Positions 17,138-20,000 of a stretch of DNA of 20,000 nucleotides are shown piece after piece. This DNA comes from an uncultured virus (IMG/VR IMGVR_UViG_2687453487_000001) (lineage: Duplodnaviria; Heunggongvirae; Uroviricota; Caudoviricetes). The position numbers and the translations under genes are program-made. The notes beneath the pieces were generated by a model. It was not told where the DNA came from. It did no database searches and saw nothing but the letters and a program-made list of their open reading frames with translations. The stretch lies in the IMG/VR virus record IMGVR_UViG_2687453487_000001; one strand, 5' to 3'. Position 1 is the first letter of the stretch; each line of letters begins with the position of its first letter.

Positions 17138-17459
17138 CCATCGCCCTGCGCACGGCCGCAATGCGCCGTCTAGCACTTGCCGGACGCGACACAAGGGACT
17201 GAAACATTTCCGCTGACACCCGCGAACCGCAATTTGCTCTGCATGCACACACTGTTCAGGTTTGTGCAGGGCATCCTGAGCGGTGAGCAGATCGCCTGCT
17301 TAAGCAAACTGATGCAGCAGGTCGATTCCTGGCCGGGGCGCCTTTTCCAGATGGCGCACGGTCGCGAGCAGCACCAGGGTTCTAAACGACCGTCAGATTC
17401 GCAAATACAAAGCTCGGACCCGATCCGGCACAAAAAAGTCATTGTTAGGGGGAAGTTTC

Positions 17460-20000
17460 GTGCATTTACCACACCGCCCAGCTAAGCTGGCCGCGCTCCT
17501 TGGCCTATGGGCCATCTTCATCCCACCAGCCGCCATCGCCGCCGGCATCGCCCCAGACGGCGGCACCGCCACCACGGTCACCACAGGCGCCAACGGCCGC
17601 CCCATAGTCAACATCGCCCCCAGCACCGCAGGCGTCTCCCACAACACCTACACGTCGTTCAACGTAGGCCCAGTCGGCGCCGACCTGAACAACGCCACCG
17701 TCCGCGCCCGCACCATCGTCAACCAGGTCACCAGCACCGACCCGTCGCTGATCCAGGGCAACATCGCCGTGCTCGGGCCGCGCGCCAACGTGATCATCGC
17801 CAACCCGAACGGCATCACGGTGGACGGCGGTTCGTTCACCAACACGGGCAACGTGGCGCTGACCACGGGCCAGGTGTCGTTCAACGACTTCACCACGGGC
17901 GCGGGCCAGCTGCAGCGCAACGTGGTGCTTAATACCGGCTCGGGCAGCATCAACATCGGCCCGGGCGGTCTGGCCGGGCCGATGCTGAACCTGGAGCTGA
18001 TCGCCAAGCAGGTGCGCGTGGCGGGCGCGGTGCAGAACAGCTTCACCGATGCCACCAGCCGCGTGCGCATCGTCGCGGGCGACAGCCGGGCGGAGATCGA
18101 TACCAGCGTGTCGCCCACCGATAACCTGAACCCGTGGGTCACCTACAGCAGCACGGGATCGGGCCGGCCGCTGGGGCTGGCCATCGATATCGCGTCGGGC
18201 GGGTCGCTCACGGGCGGGCGGATCGAGCTGCTGGTCACGGACCAAGGCGCGGGCGTGCGGCATGCCGGCGCGGCGTTTGCGACGGCCGGCGATTTCGTCA
18301 TCAGCAGCACGGGTGACTTGCAGCTGGGCGGCGGCAGCGTCAGTGCGGCCAATGATGTGCTGATCGGTTCGGCGGGGCTGTTGGGCAAGGGCGTGCTGGC
18401 GGCCGGTCGCAACCTCCAGGTGAGTGCGAACAAGGTGCATCTCGATGGCGCCGCGCTGTCGGCGGGCACGGCGTCGCAGGTCGGCAGCATCGTGATCGGC
18501 GCGTCGGGGCAGGTGCACACCGAGCCGGTCACGATCGACCACGGAACGCTGAGCGCGACGGGCGGCGTCGGCCTGTTCGATGCCGGGCCCGGTGTCTCCA
18601 TGACGGCGACGCAGCTGACGGCGGCCCAGAACGTGGTCGCACAGGTCGGGTCCCTGTTGCTCGGCGCGGATGCGTCGGGCGCGAGTCGATGGACTTCGCA
18701 GCAGGGCACGGTGGCCATCACCGCGCCCGGTGCCGTGCAGGTGGCGGGCAGCAAGATCGATGGCACGGGCGGGACGACGGTGCAGGCCGGTTCCATCGCG
18801 CTCAGCGCGGTGAATGGCTCGGCGGCCACGGTGCAGTCCTCGGGCGGTGATGTGACGCTGGATGCGTCGGGTGCCTACGCGCAGACCGACTCGAACGTCA
18901 TCGCAGCAGGCAATGCGACGATCCACGGCGGCAGCGTCAACTTCGCGGCGCCGGCGCTGCCGGCGTCGGTGGCGGCCATGAACGGCGGGGTGCTGATCCG
19001 GAGCGATGCGGATCTCGTCAACCTCGGCGGGCTGATCCAAGGCAAGGCGCGCAACGCCGGCCAATCGGCCTCCGAAGGCGCGGTCACGCTGATTGCGGCT
19101 GGAGTCGTGCGCAACGATGCCACCGCGAGCACGCAAGGCATCGTCTTCGGTCAGGACGATGACGTGGTGGTGCGCGCCGGCGGCGATATCGTCAACCACC
19201 AGAGCCGCATCCTGTCGAACGCGAAGTTGACGCTGGCCGCGCAGGGCGATGTGTTCAACACGCTGGACAAGACCGCCGGCGCCAACGGCGAGCGGCCCGT
19301 GGCCTGGACCAGCAGCGGCACGCGCTGGCTGTTCCTGCGCAACCACAGCGCGGGGCTCGATGTGGATTACGGTTCCATTGCGCAGACGGGCCAGGTGCCG
19401 TATCTCGTGTCGCAGACGGGCACGGTGGTCAGCGGCCGCAATGTCAGAAACGTCGGCGGGCAGGTGCTCTCCAACGGCGGCGATATCGCCATCACGGCCG
19501 CCAACGTGTTCCATAACGAGGCGTTGCCGACAGGCTCGGCGCACTTCAGCCGCAGCTGCATGATCTTCTGCCGCACCGAGGCATCGAGCACGGTGTCGAC
19601 CACGGGTGGGGCGATTTCGGCGGCGGGCAACCTGGCCATCCGGGCCGGCACGCTGGCCGAGAACATCGGCGGGCAGGTGCTCTCCGTCGGCAGCATGACC
19701 GTGACCGCGCCCAAGGTGCGCGCGGTCGGCATCACCGGCTACACGGCGCTGGCGCGCGAGCGCGGCTTTAAGGCATTCTTCGGCGATACGTGGGCGCGCC
19801 TGTATTCGGCCGACGTGGGCGGCAACTGGTTTGCCATTGGCGGCGCGCTGACGATCAACGGCCAGGGGCAGATCGAGGGCGGCAGTTTCGACGGGCAGAG
19901 CGTCACCGCCAGCAACGGCATCGTGACGGTGCGGGCCAAGTCGCGGCAGCCGGTGTCGATCGAGTCGCATGTCGGCTTGACGTCGTGGTTGTGGCAGTGA
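17460..20000 (+). CDS. Short filamentous haemagglutinin-family TpsA protein without a toxin domain (~846 aa)
   Basis: GTG 17460 follows a purine-rich RBS (the ORF track starts at 17442). Sec signal peptide (..KLAALLGLWAIFIPPAAIA-AG), TPS domain (PIVNIAPSTAGVSHN, TIVNQV, IIANPNGI) and FHA-type repeats. Stop at 19998-20000. Confidence 0.88.
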   Translation: MHLPHRPAKLAALLGLWAIFIPPAAIAAGIAPDGGTATTVTTGANGRPIVNIAPSTAGVSHNTYTSFNVGPVGADLNNATVRARTIVNQVTSTDPSLIQGNIAVLGPRANVIIANPNGITVDGGSFTNTGNVALTTGQVSFNDFTTGAGQLQRNVVLNTGSGSINIGPGGLAGPMLNLELIAKQVRVAGAVQNSFTDATSRVRIVAGDSRAEIDTSVSPTDNLNPWVTYSSTGSGRPLGLAIDIASGGSLTGGRIELLVTDQGAGVRHAGAAFATAGDFVISSTGDLQLGGGSVSAANDVLIGSAGLLGKGVLAAGRNLQVSANKVHLDGAALSAGTASQVGSIVIGASGQVHTEPVTIDHGTLSATGGVGLFDAGPGVSMTATQLTAAQNVVAQVGSLLLGADASGASRWTSQQGTVAITAPGAVQVAGSKIDGTGGTTVQAGSIALSAVNGSAATVQSSGGDVTLDASGAYAQTDSNVIAAGNATIHGGSVNFAAPALPASVAAMNGGVLIRSDADLVNLGGLIQGKARNAGQSASEGAVTLIAAGVVRNDATASTQGIVFGQDDDVVVRAGGDIVNHQSRILSNAKLTLAAQGDVFNTLDKTAGANGERPVAWTSSGTRWLFLRNHSAGLDVDYGSIAQTGQVPYLVSQTGTVVSGRNVRNVGGQVLSNGGDIAITAANVFHNEALPTGSAHFSRSCMIFCRTEASSTVSTTGGAISAAGNLAIRAGTLAENIGGQVLSVGSMTVTAPKVRAVGITGYTALARERGFKAFFGDTWARLYSADVGGNWFAIGGALTINGQGQIEGGSFDGQSVTASNGIVTVRAKSRQPVSIESHVGLTSWLWQ

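Noticed and set aside
17170..17485. ORFs 17177-17485 (+) and 17170-17472 (-) as possible bcpO-like genes
   Set aside because: No lipobox or signal peptide, atypical composition, and both overlap the tpsA start region.
1..20000. CRISPR array, tRNA or rRNA genes
   Set aside because: No regularly spaced direct repeats or tRNA/rRNA signatures seen; the cloverleaf at 6721-6793 lacks the T-loop and D-loop consensus of a tRNA.

Overview
GC-rich betaproteobacterial DNA, most likely Ralstonia solanacearum species complex (inferred from a DUF1484-like gene and the protein styles). 1-5759 is the distal end of a prophage late operon: tail/tail-tip genes, an intrinsic terminator, then a DUF6127-like gene, a holin-like gene and a GH24 lysozyme. 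A small moron-like ORF follows. On the minus strand is a compact cassette resembling the P1/P7 C4 antisense system: promoter, target site, cloverleaf RNA, second target pair, 49-aa leader ORF and a coupled DUF1484-like gene. 7652-20000 is a two-partner-secretion/contact-dependent inhibition (CDI)-like locus. It has a 2771-aa CdiA/BcpA-like exoprotein with a C-terminal PD-(D/E)xK-type nuclease, a low-GC immunity-like gene, a decayed IS5-family fragment and a second, short (~846 aa) toxin-less TpsA. The main hypothesis is a split two-passenger CDI system. The large protein seems to lack most of the FHA-2 translocation region and has a degenerate NPNG motif, while the small TpsA has canonical NPNGI and FHA-2-like hairpins. 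No TpsB, integrase or att site is visible in the window. All family assignments come from recognition by eye; no searches were run.
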